64,000 nt of DNA from Chrysomallon squamiferum (GCA_012295275.1 CM022677.1:26288001-26352000); one strand, 5' to 3'; counted from the first letter of the stretch, positions 1 through 13,451 are shown. The notes: generated by a model not told the origin, from the sequence alone. A program made the numbers and translations.

Positions 1-56
1 TAATACTAACACAATCATAGAAGCCTGCACAGGAGGTTCATGTAACAATAATAGAG
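1..56 (+). CDS. Gene A TSP1 exon, 3' end only
   Basis: NTNTIIEACTGGSCNNNR then G|GTGACT; same sequence as 2512-2567. Confidence 0.85.
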
Positions 57-3000
57 GTGACTGTTTTATTTTTTGTGGTAAACAGCAGAACACTAAACAT
101 AAGTCATCAGTTATAAATTAATTATATACGTACTCACATATTATTAAGATAAAAGACTTTAAAAATAGAAACACTCTTTAAATTAATTAGATTAACAAAA
201 AGTCTCTTCATGAAGTCTGCAGTTTCTGTGAGATTACATTTTTAAGACAACAGTATTTATTTTTTTACTAAGAGAAAATAATGTGTCTTGTGGTAAACTT
301 AAATATTATTCATTTAGTTGATGGACAATGGTCAGCTTGGACAAGACAGTCTGTTGGCACATGCCAGTCAAACTGTCGTAGAACTGTGACATTATATAGA
401 ACATGCACAAACCCTGCACCAGCAAACGGTGGGTCTCAGTGTGCTGGAATTAATACTAACACAATCACAGAAGCCTGCACAGGAGGTTCATGTAACAATA
501 ACAGAGGTAATTATCTTACTTTAAGCAGCAAAGTAAAGAAGCTTGAAATTGTTCCACTGATCAGTTCAAACTGATCCTGAATTAAATGCTTTATCTGCTT
601 ATATTAATATAAATTACTTATTGAATTTTATGGAGGCTATAAAAAAATGTTTCAGTTGACATTCTTGATGAATTCAATAGATTAAAAACAATGAACATAA
701 TTTTGAGCATATGTGTCCTTTCTCAAGCTCACCGTAATTATGATAGCATTTGCTTTACATTACTGACTTTGTTATTAATGTTAAGTTTTAGATTTATTTG
801 TTTTGCAATGTTTTTGACAGACATATATCCAAACAACCCCACCAAAAATGTATATTCTCTGAATAATGCTATTTAAAACTAAATAAATAAACAAGTCACA
901 TATATAGATACATAAACACTAAGATTTCTCTTCATTTTAATAATAATATACCATATACAAAAACAAATCATCAATTTTATGAATTTTACATCTGAAAATA
1001 TACATGTCTCAACATAACTTAAGACATTTTATTACTGCAGTAAGAAAGGAAAACAAACATAAAAGAACTGCTCAGGGAATAAAAAAAGATATAATAATAA
1101 ATTGTAGAATATTTCCTTCTGTAAATGGACAATTTTTTTTTTTTTTTTAAGGCAAATTATTTCAATAATTTAAAAAAGGAAAGAAAAAGTGAAGTTTATA
1201 AAATGTATCCTGAATGTAAATAAAACAAAATATTGATACTTTAGTGAATGGTCAGTGGTCAGCATGGACAAGACAATATGTTGGTTATTGCCAATCAAAT
1301 TGTCAAAGGTCTGTGACATTATACAGAACATGCACAAACCCTGCACCATCAGGTGGTGGGTCTCAGTGTGTTGGAAGTAATACTGACACAATCATAGAAG
1401 CCTGCACAGGAGGTTCATGTAACAATAACCGAGGTGATTTTCATTTTATAATGAATAATGATAGCAGAAAACAATTGAACAGGCACAACAAAGTCAACAG
1501 CATAAACAAATCCTTTCCAATAAATGTACTAAATATTAGTTCACTATTAAACTGCATTTACACTCTCAGCATATTAATAGGATTATTATTAATAATATTA
1601 GTATATAATTATTTAAAATTACTATAGATATTTGGTTTAATATAATGTTACTAATTTATATAAATTATATAAACTAATATTATTAGTTGAGCATTACTTT
1701 AAGTATCCTTCCTTCAGTGAATGGACAGTGGTCAGCCTGGACAAGACAGACTGTTGGCTTTTGTCTGTCAACTTGTAAACGAACTGTATCACTAGTTAGA
1801 ACCTGCACAAATCCCTCTCCATCAGGTGGGGGTTCGCAGTGTGTTGGAAGTACAACTAGTACTATTACAGAAGATTGCACAGGAGGCCAATGTCAAAGAT
1901 GTAATGCTAGTGATATTTCTTGTTACTAACATCTATCTATCAATCTAAATATATATCTATATCTGACATAATCTGCCCATCTTTCTGCCTATACATATCT
2001 AAGTCTGCCTGCTTGATGTAATTTAAATTTATTCATAAATATCATCACCTGTCTCTTTATCTATTTCTTGACTTGTAGATGTATTGTAATGTTAAATTAC
2101 ATATCATTAGTTTATTTATTATATATATATATATATATATACTATTCACTATTTTACTAACAGAAAGTTTAACTTGTGAACTGATATTGATATTGTTAAT
2201 GCCAGCTGACTCAGAGCAGTATTTTTAGGATGTAAAGTTTCTTCAACTATTTTAGTTGATGAGTTTTGTATTGTACAAATCAACGTTCTGTAGTTAAATT
2301 TAAACATAAATTTCTTTCAAACATTTAACATTCTAGTGTTTACTGATTAAAAGAAATATTAAATTGTATTCCCTTAAGTGAATGGACAGTGGTCAGCTTG
2401 GACAAGACAGACTGTTGGTTATTGCCAATCAAATTGTCAAAGATCTGTGACATTATACAGAACATGCACAAACCCTGCAGCATCAGGTGGTGGGTCTCAG
2501 TGTGTTGGAAGTAATACTAACACAATCATAGAAGCCTGCACAGGAGGTTCATGTAACAATAATAGAGGTGACTGTTTTATTTTTTGTGGTAAACAGCAGA
2601 ACACTAAACATAAGTCATCAGTTATAAATTAATTATATACGTACTCACATATTATTAAGATAAAAGACTTTAAAAATAGAAACACTCTTTAAATTAATTA
2701 GATTAACAAAAAGTCTCTTCATGAAGTCTGCAGTTTCTGTGAGATTACATTTTTAAGACAACAGTATTTATTTTTTTACTAAGAGAAAATAATGTGTCTT
2801 GTGGTAAACTTAAATATTATTCATTTAGTTGATGGACAATGGTCAGCTTGGACAAGACAGTCTGTTGGCACATGCCAGTCAAACTGTCGTAGAACTGTGA
2901 CATTATATAGAACATGCACCAACCCTGCACCAGCAAACGGTGGCTCACAGTGTGTTGGAATTAATACTAACACAATCACAGAAGTCTGCACAGGAGGTTT

Positions 3001-4134
3001 ATGTAACAATAACAGAGGTGATTGTTTTTGTTTTCAGCAAAAAGAAGCAACTTAATGTTTTTCCATAAATCAGACATGCAGTTAATTTTTATATATATAT
3101 ATACAAAAATTATAAATTAATACAAAAAAACAACAACGGTTCTTAAGAAGAAATGCATGTAAATAAAAAAACAATAACAGAGGTGATTATTTAATTTATC
3201 ATGGCAAAAAATGACACACAAACTAAATATATTAACAAAAGTATTAAACTAGTTGTATTACTTTTTAAGACTGTTTCTATAACAAGAAATTAATCATTAA
3301 TTATAAATTAATTAATATCAACTAAAAGTTTTTTTTAACACAAACGTCTTAAAAATGGAAACACTCTCTAAACTAAATATATTAACAAAAAGTATTTTCT
3401 TGAACTTTCAAATGTGCTTTGATGTACCTTACTAGTTTATGCTGACCCAGAATTAGTTGCTGAAAGATTATAAATTCTACATCTGAAGAACAATAATAGC
3501 TTTTCGAAATTAAATAAAAATTATTCAATTAATTAATTTTAGCAAATAATAAAATCTGCAAATCTAAAAGTTTCATCATTAACATTTTGTTCTATTTTAC
3601 AGTTTTTGTTAATTTTTACTAAAAGTAGTTAGAAATAGCTATAATATTAGAAAACTACTCATTTGAACTTTTTATAAATTACTTTTGCTGAACATTATTA
3701 TACTAAACAAAATGCATTCAAGATAATTTTTTATTTTTAGTTGAGTTGTCATCTTTTGTCATCAAAGTTTGATAGATAATAAGTTAAAATTTGTTTTTGT
3801 TTGTTTGAGCTGTCATCTTTTGTCATCAAAGTTTGATAGATAATAAGTTAAAATTTGTTTTATGTTTAGTTCATGTAAATGACATGTTTTACCAATTCAA
3901 ATCTGTAGTTGTGACATCATCATGTACTTGACTGAATGATAGTTGCCTTTTTTGACATTAGAAACATTATTCATCAATTCTGAATGCTGTCATGTCACAA
4001 TTACAGAGAAAAACATTTTTTGACATCATTCTTTTGTTCTTTATGCTTATTATGGCAAAGAGAAGAAAAAATATGTGTACTGTTCAAGAAAGATTATTTT
4101 AGTATTATTGTTTTGTATTGTATTTTGTGTAACA

Positions 4135-4166
<32 letters not shown>

Positions 4167-6353
4167 TAAATTGAGAAATTCTGCTAGGATTGCAATTTCC
4201 CTCATTATGTTTGCTGTATAAGGCTACAAGTAATTTAGTTAATATATTTATATATATTTATTTTGTTATTATTTTAAGTATTATTATTTCTGCACTATTG
4301 TTATTATAATTATTATAGTTATTATTAGTAGTACCAGTTGTAGTAGTAGTAGTAGTAGAGTAGTACTAGTCGATATAGTAGTCATAGTAACTTTTTAAGT
4401 ATTTTATTTTTATTAACTTCATTATTAATGGACTAACATATTTAAAAATAAATAAATAAATAAAAAAATAAAAGAAACAAACTGACCAATCAGAATTTAA
4501 TAATAAAACTAATTGCCATAAAATATCTCACTTATGCATTTACACGACTCGGCAATTGTGAAAAATTCAAAATATTATATGAAATATAACTTTCGTTGCA
4601 AATTTATCTCATCATATTATATGTGAGGTATATTACTGCATAAAATTTTGTTGACTGTATATATCAAATAGGGTCCTTTTTTTTTTTTTCTAAATAAAAT
4701 AAATTGTTCCTGTAATGCAAAAAACAAACATTTCATACTTACTATTTAAAACATGATTAATTACCATTTGTTAACAATTTATTCAGAAGAACTAATGAAT
4801 TAATTTTAGGGCAGGTTATGCTGATTTTGTAAACCCTTCACTATTTTAAAAGAAACGAGCTAATATTTGTTGAACAAAACTTTATTTACAGTGTATAAAT
4901 CTATTTTTGTAAAACAATTATATCTTATAAATCTATTTAATAAAAATGGTTTGATAATTTAAACAATAATTTCATTCATAAATTTTGATGAAGAAATTTA
5001 TATAATCTATGATTACTTGTAAATATTATTATTCATATTTTATTCATATTACTTTACAATAAATGTTTGGAAAGTAAATAGAGTTAAATGTACTTCTGAA
5101 TATCTGCAAAAGTGTAGTATATTTATTATTGGTTTTATTAAACAGTTACTTTTCGTAATAAAATAGTGCCAATCACTGAATTGTACCAAGGCTTCAGATG
5201 CTGGAGAGAAAAATTATTTATTTATTTGTTTATTTATTTATTTTTATTATTTGTCTGTTGTTTTTAGTGGATGGAGGATGGTCAGCTTGGACAAGACAAA
5301 ATGTACAGACCTGTCAATCAAACTGTCGCAGATCTGTGACATTAGTAAGAACTTGTACAAACCCAGCACCTGCTAATGGTGGAAGTCAGTGTACTGGAGA
5401 TACCCAGACTACAACCACAGAAAGCTGCTCTGATGGGCTCTGTGGTAGAGGTGAGAGTTTACATTCAGTTAAAAGTTCTACCAAAATCACACACCTGATT
5501 GAGTTTAAAAAACAGTAAAAACAAAAGCCATTATTGTAATTGGACACACACATTTATAAAATCTGCACAGAATATTGACAGCCATTGATGGATTCAAAAG
5601 AATGGTAAGGCAATCATCATTCTAAGCTTCACTGATGACACAGATCCTGGTGATACCTTGAGGTCCGGAACAGAAATCAGAACAAGGAAAAGCTGAGTCC
5701 CTGTTCTGTGCTTCTGCTGATTAAAGACCTTGTGTCTGGGGCAAAGTTGAGTTAAGGACCAATCAACCTGACTTTGAAGTGTACAGAATGTTTTGTGTAC
5801 CCATCATTGCTGAGAAAAACACAGTGGAGGAGATGTGACAGCTGCTACATGCAGGGAACTACTGGAAATATCAAACATTTCAGCTCTTTTATTATGTAAC
5901 AGAGAAAAAAAAAAAAAAAAAAAATAAAGTGTAGTACAACATTATGGCAAAGTTGATATACATCTTGAGAAATAGGAAGCTAGAATGAGTTAGCTAAGAG
6001 CTCTGGTAATTGTGGATATGCTATTAAGTGAAAAGGTGAGATGAGCTGTATATACAGCATATTTATAGCTTCATTACTCTTAGTACATTAAAAAATTCAA
6101 ACAAATAAAAGTAAAAGAAATGAAACTGAGATGACAACTACAGAGAATTGGTAAAGATTTTCCATTTTTTATACATGATGTAATTGGTCATTTTTTTAGT
6201 GAATGGAGGATGGTCAGCTTGGACAAGACAAAATTTACAGTCCTGTTTTTGACTTAAAAGCGTGTTATCATTTCATGAAAACTATAATAATATCAGATTT
6301 CTAGTTTTATTAAAAACTGTTGTAATTAAATTATTATTATTATTATTATTATG

Positions 6354-6392
<39 letters not shown>

Positions 6393-6840
6393 GTCAAAGA
6401 ATCTACCCAATCAAACATGGGTGACATTCTGTATTAATGAGAATTTTGAAAGTATTTTTTCAGCATCTTGTCAGACATTTTGAGTAAATGATCTAATGTC
6501 AGGGCCTGATTTCAGACATACAAAATTCCAGATACACACAAAAACATACAGAAACATACAGAAACATACACACACATACACATTTTTATTTTTATGTTAG
6601 TAACAGACATTGCTTTCACTGTTGACATTGTTCTGTGTACAGTTGATGGTGGCTGGACTAACTGGCAGCTTCAACGATACGGACCCTGCAGTGTGACGTG
6701 TGGCACTGGTAAAAGAACAAGATACGACATACGATTCTGTACAAACCCCAGCCCTGCAAACGGAGGAAAGACCTGTCCTGGATCCAGCACTCAGAATTAC
6801 TTAGAGAATTGTAATACAAATGTTAACTGTCCAACTACGG
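1..6840 (+). CDS. Gene A (5'-partial): extracellular multi-TSP1-repeat protein, one TSP1 repeat per exon. Exons <1-56, 318-506, 1245-1433, 1718-1900, 2379-2567, 2829-3017, 5268-5450, 6643-6840; terminal exon unresolved
   Basis: Seven complete AG/GT-bounded phase-1 exons of 183-198 nt plus one partial exon, each translating to (D/N)GxWxxW...C..xC...RTCTNPxPxxGGxxC...C....C. Confidence 0.85.
318..506 (+). CDS. Gene A TSP1 exon
   Basis: tttag|TTGATGGA...AGAG|gtaatt; 189 nt; VDGQWSAWTRQSVGTCQSNCRR...CNNNR. Confidence 0.9.
1245..1433 (+). CDS. Gene A TSP1 exon
   Basis: tttag|TGAATGGT...CGAG|gtgatt; 189 nt. Confidence 0.9.
1718..1900 (+). CDS. Gene A TSP1 exon
   Basis: ttcag|TGAATGGA...AGAT|gtaatg; 183 nt; CLSTC variant. 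Confidence 0.85.
2379..2567 (+). CDS. Gene A TSP1 exon
   Basis: cttaag|TGAATGGA...AGAG|gtgact; 189 nt. Confidence 0.88.
2512..3017 (+). repeat. Recent segmental duplicate of 1-506 (offset 2511 bp), including the intron
   Basis: Intron 57-317 reads the same as 2568-2828; flanking exons near-identical; similarity drops after the donors at 507 and 3018. Confidence 0.9.
2829..3017 (+). CDS. Gene A TSP1 exon
   Basis: tttag|TTGATGGA...AGAG|gtgatt; 189 nt. Confidence 0.9.
3170..3500 (+). pseudogene. Relic of a TSP1 exon 3' end, donor and following intron (exon body missing)
   Basis: aacaataacagag|gtgatt at 3170-3188; 3290-3500 resembles intron 57-317 (ttataaattaatta, aaacactct, attaacaaaaagt). 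Confidence 0.6.
5268..5450 (+). CDS. Gene A TSP1 exon
   Basis: tttag|TGGATGGA...AGAG|gtgaga; 183 nt; VDGGWSAWTRQNVQTCQSNCRR...CSDGLCGR. Confidence 0.9.
5585..6040 (+). mobile_element. Decayed RTE-clade LINE, reverse-transcriptase fragment
   Basis: 5601 onward translates NGKAIIILSFTDDTD (cf. RTE RT NGxxINNLRxADDT); later ECFVY and LRALV resemble the FxYLG and downstream RTE motifs; frameshifted with stops. Confidence 0.55.
6200..6252 (+). pseudogene. Truncated TSP1 pseudo-exon with intact acceptor, ending in an in-frame stop
   Basis: tttttttag|TGAATGGAGGATGGTCAGCTTGGACAAGACAAAATTTACAGTCCTGTTTTTGA = VNGGWSAWTRQNLQSCF*; copy of the start of exon 5268. Confidence 0.75.
6643..6840 (+). CDS. Gene A last recognisable TSP1 exon (canonical CSVTCG type)
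   Basis: tacag|TTGATGGT...ACGG|gttagt; 198 nt; WTNW...CSVTCGTG...CTNPSPANGGKTC. Confidence 0.9.
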
Positions 6841-7164
6841 GTTAGTTTTGAGTTTTTGTTTTCAGTTGTTGTTTTCTGTTTTCTTTTTTTCTTTGTTTTA
6901 TTTCGTTGTTGTTTATTAATGTGTTTTAGTGGTGAGTGGGTGTGTGTACTTCAGTATGCACACACTCTTAATCATTTTTTTGTTGTACATTTTACAAAAT
7001 GTCCAACATTCTTCTCTGTGTGTGTTGTATTTATATATAAACACACACACATTTTTATTTTTATTTTTTCTTGCTTCTATGTTGCTTATATATTTTTTTT
7101 GAGATAGATAGATATGCATATTATTGTGAGTAACATATATTTGTGTAATAATGCATAATAATGG

Positions 7165-7479
7165 ATTAATTATAAATAATAAAATGATTTTTGTTTTTAT
7201 TTTTCAGTATGTCAAAATGTAATGCACATTGAAATTGGATTGACAGTATATGTTTATCCAGATATTAGTCTGTTTTTATTAATGATAAAATATAAAATGT
7301 TTTTTTTTTTTCTTTAATCTTTCATTATTGCAAAATGTAACTGATATATAACTTAATGATAGTGTTAGAGAGAGAGATATTAGTCTGTTTTTATTAATGA
7401 TTAAATATAAAATGTTTGTTTTTTTCTTTGATCTTTCAGTATTACAAAATGTAACTGACATATAACTGAATGATAGTGT

Positions 7480-7520
<41 letters not shown>

Positions 7521-7570
7521 AATGTAGATGTTGTTTTAAAAACAATCTCTCTGTATGTCAAAATGATATT
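7165..7570 (+). repeat. About 116-bp imperfect tandem repeat (3-4 copies)
   Basis: agatattagtctgtttttattaatgat at ~7260 and ~7375; tttcagtat..caaaatgtaa-like motif at ~7202, 7321, 7434, 7552. Confidence 0.6.
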
Positions 7571-8652
7571 AACATTATAATTGTATAAGTGAATGGTGTT
7601 CTTCTGTTAACTTTAAACACAACAGTAATATACATTTTTTTCTCTTTCAACATCTCACAATGTAACATTTTGAAAATGAGCTGAAGAATGGCCTGAATGG
7701 AGTAGCTACAAACCTGTACAAGCAGTGACATCTTTGAAAATGAGTAGGTACAGAGACAAACCTGTACAAGCAGTGACATCTCTGAGACCAGTAACTAAAG
7801 AGGTAGACAATGTTTACCTGTTTATACTGTAATTTTATTAGTAAGGTTTGTTCTGTAAGCTTTTTGTGTTACTAACCACATTTATTTCAAATGTTAAAAT
7901 AGCTATTTTATTAATGAACCATATTAAGATATTGTATATAAATTATTATCATGTTTATTTGTTCAATTAGGAATCAGCTGGAAAAATTATAACATATATA
8001 TTTTATTACTACATATTTAAAAAATGAATAATATTTAACTAATTTAATTTTTGTTGATTTACCTACAGATTACTATGTGCTGATGAGAGAATCTGTATAC
8101 TGCTGTTGCTGTTGCTGCTGTTGCTGTTGTTACTGCTACTTGTTGATAGCTGTGGATGATCTTGTGCTGTGACTACTTTTGGAGGAGGAAGAAAGATTCA
8201 CCAGAAGAAAAATAAAAAATATATATATATATGTATGTATATGTGTGTATATATATATATATATTTATCTGTGTATTTTCCTATGTATCAGTCTCTGTCT
8301 CTCTCTCTCACTCTCTATACTGCTTTTGAATCACTTTCTCTCTTGCTCTGTCCATCGATGTATATATATATATATATAAATATATATATATATATCTCTC
8401 AATCTATCACTGTGTGTTTTTTGAACTTTGTATTCAGTACTCTGAGTATTAGTTGTAGAATGTGTAATAACCTTAGTTCATACAATTCCACCAAATTGTC
8501 AATTAGTCAGATACAACATACATTATATTATAAATATACATTAGACATATAAACAAAAACTTATCATGGCCACAAGAAATTATTAACACATACATACACA
8601 GACGTATGCACATATTTAAATATACCATAGTACAGGAGAGAGTGAAAGAAGG

Positions 8653-8730
<78 letters not shown>

Positions 8731-9372
8731 CTCATAGCTTCATTTGTATTGTCATTTTGAACTTCTTCTTTTTTTCAGGTTCTGTTATGTGATGCTAGCA
8801 TACAAGTCTGCTAAATCCACAGATTATATATATTTATATTTAAGATATAAAAAAAAAAAAAAAAAAAAGAAACAGAAAAGGAAAATGATGATAGTAAAAA
8901 TGTGTGTTTACTAGTATATATAATGTGTAGTAAGAAATTTTTAAATAATAATATATTTCTTGTAGTTTCATACTTTATTTTCCATAACTGAAACTAAGCA
9001 TTATTTTTAAATTAATATGTGCATATATGTGTAAGAGAAACAGAGTATATCATTATTGCTGTTGTTATTATTATTATTGTTAGTATTATGTACAACAACT
9101 GTTGATGAAAGTTAATAAATAATATGTAAACAGGTAATGCTGTTTTAATTTTTAATTTTGTTTTTTTGTCTTTAATACACTTTAAACACACACACACTCA
9201 CACACACACACACATGCATGAAACTTTCAAAGTCAAGTCCTAATACGTAATCTTTTTGGAACAATTTCAGATCCAGTTTTTGCCAACAATTCAAATTAAA
9301 AAACTAAAGCAAAAAAAAAAGAAAACAAAAAAAGAAAACAAAAATAACATCAGAAATTTCCTGACTGAAACT

Positions 9373-9422
<50 letters not shown>

Positions 9423-9664
9423 ACACATTGAATACAGTTAGACAGATATTACTGATGCATAGTTCAGACATCTATAAATCAGGAACATGTCAAAGTTAAT
9501 GATTTGGAATATTTTCCATTTTTATTGTAATTTAAAGAACAAAACCACAAAAAAGTATGGAAATTATTATTTCAAAGCTTGTTTAACAAGCTTAAATACA
9601 AAGATTTACCAATGAATTGGTTTGTGATTTTCATATGCACTTGGCAGTAAGAATGAAATTTTAA

Positions 9665-9695
<31 letters not shown>

Positions 9696-9881
9696 CTCTT
9701 ATTATTATTATTAGTAGTAGTAGTAATAGTAGTAGTAGTAGTAGTAGTAATAGTAGTAAAGTAGCAGTATTAGTATTATTATTACTGTATGCTCCTATTT
9801 TGTCATGATTTACTTTTAAATAAGATTTTAACATAAAATAAAAATAGGTTGTAACCTGGAATAAACTATAATGTACTTAGA

Positions 9882-10395
9882 CCAGGGTTCGTACACATTT
9901 TGAAAAGTCTTGGAAAGTTGAAATTCATCACAGTGTTTTCCAGAATCTTAACAAATTTGCAAAATTATAGTCTTGTTCCGTCGTTTGTGGAAAAGTTACT
10001 GAAAATCATGTCCTTGCTGTAAATAAAATGCATGAAAAAAAGATGTTTTGTTTCACCAATAGTCTGAACAAAGAGTACTGTTTAATTATCAACAACAGGT
10101 GGCGCTTGTTTCAAACTTGTGTCAGACTGGCAGAGTAGACTTGTGATAAGTGTTCAGTGTAACTGATTACAACACTGAATGTGTGTGTATCACTGCACTG
10201 TGTCAACATGCACACAGTGAAACACCAGACAATAACTCATTTAATGCAACAACAATCAGGTATTCCAGCCAGTTCCAGTTTCTAAACTAAGAAAAATATT
10301 TTTTTGGTGATTCAGTTTACAGGGAATTGGTTTTGGAAAATTGGATTTGTGAGCTATGGAAAGTTTTGGAAAGGTTATGGAAATGTTTACAGCCG
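9882..10395 (+). mobile_element. Probable non-autonomous DNA transposon relic
   Basis: Starts ccagggttcgtac and has clustered TGGAAA/TTTTCCA subterminal motifs at both ends; the matching right TIR was not found. Confidence 0.35.
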
Positions 10396-10646
10396 AATAA
10401 TAATTTTAAAAAACAACAACAACAACAATAATATAAAAAAGAAGTTACCAATGGAATAATTACTGTGGACTCAGTCTTTTGCGTGTATTAGTTAAGCCAG
10501 GATAAAAGCTATATCTAGATTTGGTATCTGTCTGAAATTATAAATCAGTATCCACATTATTATTGTAAGCAATTATGATATTATAATGTAATATTATGTA
10601 GGTATTTCATTGGTCTACTCATTGTCATTCACATCTACACTGAACA

Positions 10647-11014
10647 TGTTCATTATCTATCTGTCTCTTTAAAACGAGTTTCTTTGATTTGTTCATTATC
10701 TATCTATCTCTTTTAAACGAGTTTCTTTGATTTGTTCATTATCTGTCTGTCTCTTAAACGTGTTTCTTTGATTTGTTCATTATCTATCTGTCTGTTAAAC
10801 GTGTTTCTTTGATATGTTCATTATCTGTCTGTCTCTTAAACGTGTTTCTTTGATATGTTCACTATCTGTCTGTCTGTTAAACGTGTTTCTTTGATTTGTT
10901 CATTATCTATCTGTCTCTTAAACGTGTTTCTTTGATTTGTTCATTATCTATCTGTCTCTTAAACGTGTTTCTTTGATTTGTTCATTATCTGTCTCTTAAA
11001 CGTGTTTCTTTGAT
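10647..11014. repeat. 41-bp minisatellite, 9 copies
   Basis: Unit tgttcattatctatctgtctcttaaacgtgtttctttgatt. Confidence 0.95.
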
Positions 11015-11494
11015 CTTTACTAATCTAATTCTAGCTGACCGATGATCTGTTGTTTTTTTCCTTTTTTCTTTTTTTGTTATTTTTCTTTCTAAGCTTGACC
11101 AGAGTCAATCTCGGACTAAACATAAGGCGTATCCCTCCCGCTGCTAGCGGTCAAACTGTTGTATATATTTAACTCAGGTACTACTAACACAGTTCGCTAT
11201 AAACTGTTTTTAAAAAACATCTCACGAAACAGGTTTCAGTAGCCTTTGTCAGACCCGCCATTATGTGGTATCGACGGAGCAGAACGTGAAAGCCAAACTG
11301 TCGTTTTTGTGCACTGAGTCTGAATCATCAGTGAGAAAACATTCGAAAATTTTCTGAACATAGCAAAAATATATAATATATATAAATGTGCAGTAGATAT
11401 ATATATATATATCTGTATATTTGTGTGAGCGTGGCTGAGTATGCACAATGTTTGTGTTTAGTTATTTTATACGATCAGAATAATAACAGCAATG

Positions 11495-11529
<35 letters not shown>

Positions 11530-11645
11530 AATAATAATAATAACTGTAATAATAATAATTGTGACTATAATTATGCGTATAATGGAATATTTAAATAAAT
11601 GCAAGCTAAAGAAAGATTTTAAAAATATGTAAATAAAACAAAAGC

Positions 11646-11747
<102 letters not shown>

Positions 11748-12325
11748 TACTACTTTATAAATCGGTGGACTATATCTAATGTGAAAGTATTCATGCGAGT
11801 CCAACAATGAAGAAGAATAGAGTCGTCTTTAGAGCAGTTCTATTTTGAAAATGACTGGTTATGAATACAACCTGTGAAACCGGTAGATCTAGTTCGATTC
11901 GTCGAATCATGCACCCGTAGATTTCTCTTCTCACCAGGCATTAGGCCAGCACTCTGAGGGTAGGGGTAAGTCGCTGTTTTAATACATTTTTTTTTTTACA
12001 GAATCCATAACTTTTTCCTTGGTTTTTTTTTTTTCAACTCTTTAAAAATCACTAGTCGTTAGCTTTGTTAATTTATTACTGTTAGATCGTTAGTGTATTT
12101 AAGTATCTTACTTGAGTTGGCAGCATTTTAGTGTTCTTCTTGCAGTAAACGTGTAGTAAAATAATGATGTCACGAATTCAGACTGACACGGGTTCGAAAC
12201 GTGAAGGGTGACGCCCGGGACTGGGTGGGTGTTGTTGAAGCTGGTGCTGCAGGGTTCAGATTCATGTTACAAAGTCTTTTCTGTGTCAGACAGAAATTGT
12301 ATTTGACTGTTTTACAGATACATAA

Positions 12326-12460
12326 CTTATTATTGTTATTATTATTATTATTGTTGTTATTATTATTATTGTTGTTATTGTTGTTATTTTCATTATCATT
12401 ATTATTATTATTATCATTATTATCATTATTATTATCATTATTATTATCATCATCATCATC

Positions 12461-12537
<77 letters not shown>
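12326..12537. repeat. (TAT/TGT/CAT)n microsatellite
   Basis: Compound trinucleotide run. Confidence 0.95.
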
Positions 12538-12538
<1 letters not shown>

Positions 12539-13451
12539 ATTACCCTGGGGAGGACAGAGTTTCTGTCCGTATAACTAGTTAGATGGGAAAGTATTGTGTA
12601 TTGCTATGGTTACTTGTGAGGAAAAAAAATTGATAACTGTAACTTTAATTTAACTTTGCTTTCATAATGACACAACCATCTCTTAATCATTTATTTCTCT
12701 TTGTCTCTGTTTCTCTGCAAAACTCTATTTGTGCGTGCGTGTGTATACGACTAATCTTTCTCTTTGTACATCATCTTTTTGTCACAGTTTTCGATTCTTT
12801 CTCTCTATCTCTTTCTTTCTTTCTTTCTCTCACTTTATGTTCATGTTCTCTCTCATCTTTATCTTTATATTTAAGTATATTATACATTATGTTGTGACGA
12901 AATCTGCGTTCCATACAAAACTTGATTACTGTGTTCAATTGTTATTATGGTTTGAAAATATTTTGTTGTTTCAAACATTATTTTAATATCATTATGTATG
13001 ACGTGTATATTTGCACATATGTACGTACATAGTTATTTTGAATATATGTATGTATGTATGCATATATTATGTATGTAAGTATATATATATGTATCTATGT
13101 ATAAATGTATGTATGTATGTATATGAATGCATGTATGTGTGTTTGAATGGATGTATGTATGTATGTATGTATGTATGTATGTATATATGCAGTAAAGTAT
13201 TAATTTCAATATTTTATTAACATCTTACTATTAGTAGTCACGGTAGTATATGTAGCATGTAAAATCAAGAAATGAGAGAAGAGACAGAACCTGGCATGTT
13301 TGATTATTACTCCTACTATACTTCAGTTAGCTGTAGAATTAACATGTACAAATATGTAGAGATATATCTACTGTCAACAGTTTTCCAATTTTGTATATTT
13401 AAAAGTATACGTATATGTGTATGGTGTGTGTTTGTGTGTGTATGTATATAT

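Noticed and set aside
1430-3022. RGD motifs (NNNRGD) ending several gene A ORFs in the ORF track
   Set aside because: They come from reading through the donor (AGA G|GT GAY); after splicing the sequence is NNNR-V-(D/N)G
11860-12230. tRNA or tRNA-derived SINE suggested by B-box-like GTTCGATTC and GGTTCGAAAC
   Set aside because: No cloverleaf or properly spaced A-box found by eye
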